From Antedon mediterranea (taxonomy: Eukaryota > Animalia > Echinodermata), in the NCBI RefSeq assembly GCF_964355755.1, contig NC_092680.1:20407045-20471044 (forward strand): a DNA stretch of 64,000 nt, given 5' to 3'. Position 1 is the first letter of the stretch; the number at the start of each line of letters is the position of its first letter. The notes below the pieces were generated by a model. It saw nothing but the letters and a program-made list of their open reading frames with translations. It made no database searches and had not been told where the DNA came from. The translations under genes and the position numbers were made by a program. Below are positions 60,827 through 64,000 of this stretch, piece by piece.

Positions 60827-63141
60827 TAGTCCAGATCCCTATGTATTTTCGAGTGCAGATCATGGGGAAAGTGTAAACATTGTGTTTTATGAATATTTGA
60901 ATCATGCTGGTTATAAAAACCCATGTTGTCAAATTTCTAAAATTCATCTTTGACCTCTGACCTCAATTTGAATGTTTTGACCCATTGAAAACAAAAGGGT
61001 CATATCTTTGCAACACGTAGATTAAATGAAATAATTTTAGTGTCAAATTATTTGGGAGATGCATATTAATATTCGTTCTAATGGAAAAGTTTGTCCAAAA
61101 ATGGCTGGAAGTATGATTTTTGGCATGTTTGACCTTTGACCTACATATCATATAACTCCGTAACTAACAATTGGACAAACTTTAAACAGGGCTCAAATTA
61201 ATCTGTAGGTATATGTTTCTATTCAGTCTAATAAGAACTTTTTCAAGAAAATGACCCGAAATATTTTTATTGACCTTTGACCTGTACTGGTAGAACACAT
61301 TTCTATAATCTCAAAAACTATTGGCCGTAAAATGGTTGTTTTTGTGAAATGGTTCGAAAAATTTACATTTATATGTTGTATAATAACAACATTTGTTAGA
61401 AATGTAAAAGAAATTTATTTATGATCACTAACTTTGTAATTTATTAACATCACTAGCATTTGGTATAATATTAAAATGTGTTATATTTGCTGATTTTAAG
61501 CACTTCACATGAATTTATCAGAATTATGTGTATTTAATATAAAGTTTATTTTTTTTTATATAAAGAAAATTTAATTATCTATCAAATAAGACTATTTTCA
61601 AATTATTATGGCTAAAACTTAATTAGATACGGGCAAAAAAGTGTATTTTTACTTGTGTGAACAGCGCCCTCAATCTTCATTTTTTTCCCAAAAATACCAC
61701 ATTTTTATGTGGTTTCCTGAACTTAACAGGTTATAACTTTGTTTTAAAGACTTTTTACAGTAACCTGTAATTTACATACTACTTTTATAACGTACTAGGT
61801 CAGTTTCTGAAAAAAATTGAGAAAAATATTTCGATAGCTTGATATTTTTGTTGAAGTTACTACATGATACACACCAAAAAATATTTTAATTTTGAGCTAA
61901 AAGTCCATCTTTTTGGTTTAATAAAAGCTATCTAGCAGATATTAATACACAAAATTCATATTTTATTGGATAGATATTATGATTATCTTTCCAATAAAAT
62001 ATGCTGTTTGTGTAAGAATGGCTGAACAAGATTATCGTACTGGACGAAAAAGATGGATTTTTAGCACAAAATCAAAATCTTTTTTAGCGTGCACCATGTA
62101 ATAACCTCAAGAAAAATATCAAGCTATAAAAATATTGTTTCCATTTTATCTCGGTATCTTACTTAGTATATGGTAGAAGGTGTATGCAAGTTACACGTCA
62201 CTGACAACAAATCTTTTAAAAAGTTACAACCAGCTAAGTTTATGAAATCACATAAAAATGTGGTATTTTGAGGGAAAAAATAAAGATTGAGGGCGCTGTT
62301 CACACAAGTAAAAATACACTTTTTTGCCCGTATCTAATTAAGTTTTAGCCATAATAATTTGAAAATAGTCTTATTTGATAGATAATTAAATTTTCCTTAT
62401 ATATAAAAAAAAACTTTATATTAAATACACATAATTCTGATAAATTCATGTGATGTGCTTAAAATCAGCAAATATAATACATTTTAATATTATAACAAAT
62501 GCTAGTGATGTTAATAAATTACAAAGTTAGTGATCATAAATAAAATTCTTTTACATTTCTAACAACTGCTGTTATTATACAACATATAAATGTAAATTTT
62601 TCGAACCATTTCACAAAAACAACCATTTTACGGCCAATAGTTTTTGAGATTATAGAAATGTGTACTACCAGTACAGGTCAAAGGTCAATAAAAATATTTT
62701 GGGTCATTTTCTTGAAAAAGTTCTTATTAGACTGAATAGAAACATATACCTACAGATTAATTTGAGCCCTATTTAAAGTTTGTCCAACTGTTAGTTACGG
62801 AGTTATATGATATGTAGGTCAAAGGTCAAATATGCCAAAAATCATACTTCCAGCCATTTTTGGACAAACTTTTCCATTAGAACGAATATTAATATGCATC
62901 TCCCAAATAATTTGACACTAAAATTATTTCATTTAATCTACGTGTTGCAAAGATATGACCATTTTGTTTTCAATGGGTCAAAACATTCAAATTGAGGTCA
63001 GAGGTCAAAGATGAATTTTAGAAATTTGACAACATGGGTTTTTATAACCAGCATGATTCAAATATTCATAAAACATAATGTTTACACTTTCCCCATGATC
63101 TGCACACGAAGGCACTTTTTTTGACATAGGGATCTGGACTA
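60827..63141. mobile_element. 2.3-kb non-autonomous foldback DNA transposon, Academ-like
   Basis: TAGTCCAGATCCCTATGT..ACATAGGGATCTGGACTA termini; TTG on both flanks (60824-60826, 63142-63144); about 890-bp near-identical inverted arms. TAG..CTA ends, a 3-bp TSD and long TIRs fit Academ. Confidence 0.75.
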
Positions 63142-63161
63142 TTGGTACGCGTATACGATTC

Positions 63162-63861
63162 TACGGTGGCTGATTTCCGCCAAAGAAAAAAATTACTTTA
63201 TAATAATACGGCGTTATAACGCCCTTATTAGGGCGTTATAACGCCCTAATTTAGGGCGTTATAACGCCCTAAATATACAATCTGTTCACACGTACATGCG
63301 CAGTACCTCTCGGCGCATTCACAGATTTTAGAAAGTCACGTGGTACATTACTGGCCATCTTTGTGTCCAACTATTCCTATGTTGTGTATGGAGTCGAGTC
63401 ATGTGCTTAAAAAATGTATAACATTCACAAGGTTTTAAATATAAAAACAATCAATTTGTTTAAAGGTTTTTGTTAAGATAACGCAATCTTAAAGTTACTG
63501 CAAAGATGATTTTAAACAACAAAATGTAAAAACAATGCATTACTATAGAGAATCGCTGTACAAAATAAACGCGTAGAGCCAGCCAGAGCCGTTAAATTAA
63601 ATGGGTTAAAGCTATTTTTTTTTTTTTAAATCATCAAAAAATAATGTTATTATTGTTTTAACAAAAACCTTTAAACAAATTGATTCAATCCATTCAAAGT
63701 CGCAACTCTTTATGGCTCTGGGTTTGTTGATGTACTACGCATGTGCATGTACGTGTGAACGGATTGTATAATTAGGGCGTTATAACACGCCCTAATAAGG
63801 GCGTTATAACGCCGTATTATTATATAAAAAAAAAATTCTTTGGCGGAAATCAGCCACCGTA
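63162..63861. mobile_element. 700-bp non-autonomous IS3EU-like transposon
   Basis: TIR TACGGTGGCTGATTTCCGCCAAAGAA extending imperfectly to about 130-145 bp; 6-bp TSD CGATTC (63156-63161, 63862-63867). TAY..RTA ends with a 6-bp TSD fit IS3EU. Confidence 0.75.
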
Positions 63862-64000
63862 CGATTCATCGCCGACACAATCGGCAAAGTTGAACATGGT
63901 TGAACTTTGCCGATTTGACTGCGATGAATCGGGGACTCTTCCCGATTGCGTCGGCGACATCTGCGCGTGTAGCGATTTTAATGGAAACGCTGTAGCGATT

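Larger units (their letters stand above)
60726..64000. mobile_element. Harbinger-like MITE hosting two insertions; runs off the window end
   Basis: TAA-AGCCTGGTTTCCATA start; GTAGCGATT..ATGGAAACGCT subrepeat at about 60761 and 63969; central palindrome AATCGGCAAAGTT..AACTTTGCCGATT near 63880-63915. The right TIR is not in the window. Confidence 0.5.

Noticed and set aside
60963-62995. Twin 62-aa ORFs on opposite strands
   Set aside because: They are mirror images created by the inverted arms, with no recognisable domain.

Overview
AT-rich eukaryotic DNA, most consistent with a marine invertebrate (probably an echinoderm; this is inferred from repeat and receptor types). The window holds a tandem cluster of ten single-coding-exon class A (rhodopsin-like) GPCR loci. 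Nine form one family (eight intact, one frameshifted by a 56-bp deletion), with shared unusual motifs: TM2 [HQ]Q[SAT]xxD, ERY, loss of W4.50, and an invariant CxC[FL] after TM6. The tenth is a divergent, very compact DRY/DPxxY receptor. Eight of the nine family members have a 3' splice acceptor 0-7 nt before the ATG, an architecture like that of chemoreceptor clusters. Between the genes lie three nested transposon stacks: (i) MITE-in-MITE-in-MITE with a CR1/L2-type LINE at 5.7-7.5 kb; (ii) a 10-kb Tx1/L1-type LINE containing a CR1-type LINE containing an intact Mag-clade Gypsy with identical 177-bp LTRs that carry a CTCF consensus and end TG..TA; (iii) a Harbinger-like MITE hosting a 2.3-kb Academ-like foldback and an IS3EU-like MITE. 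Also present are Kolobok-, Harbinger-, Tc1/pogo- and Helentron-type non-autonomous elements, several minisatellites (one a GATA/RUNX-motif array abutting a GPCR) and a strong excess of the octamer TAGGCCTA. No rRNA, tRNA or CRISPR array is supported. All alignments and counts were done by eye.
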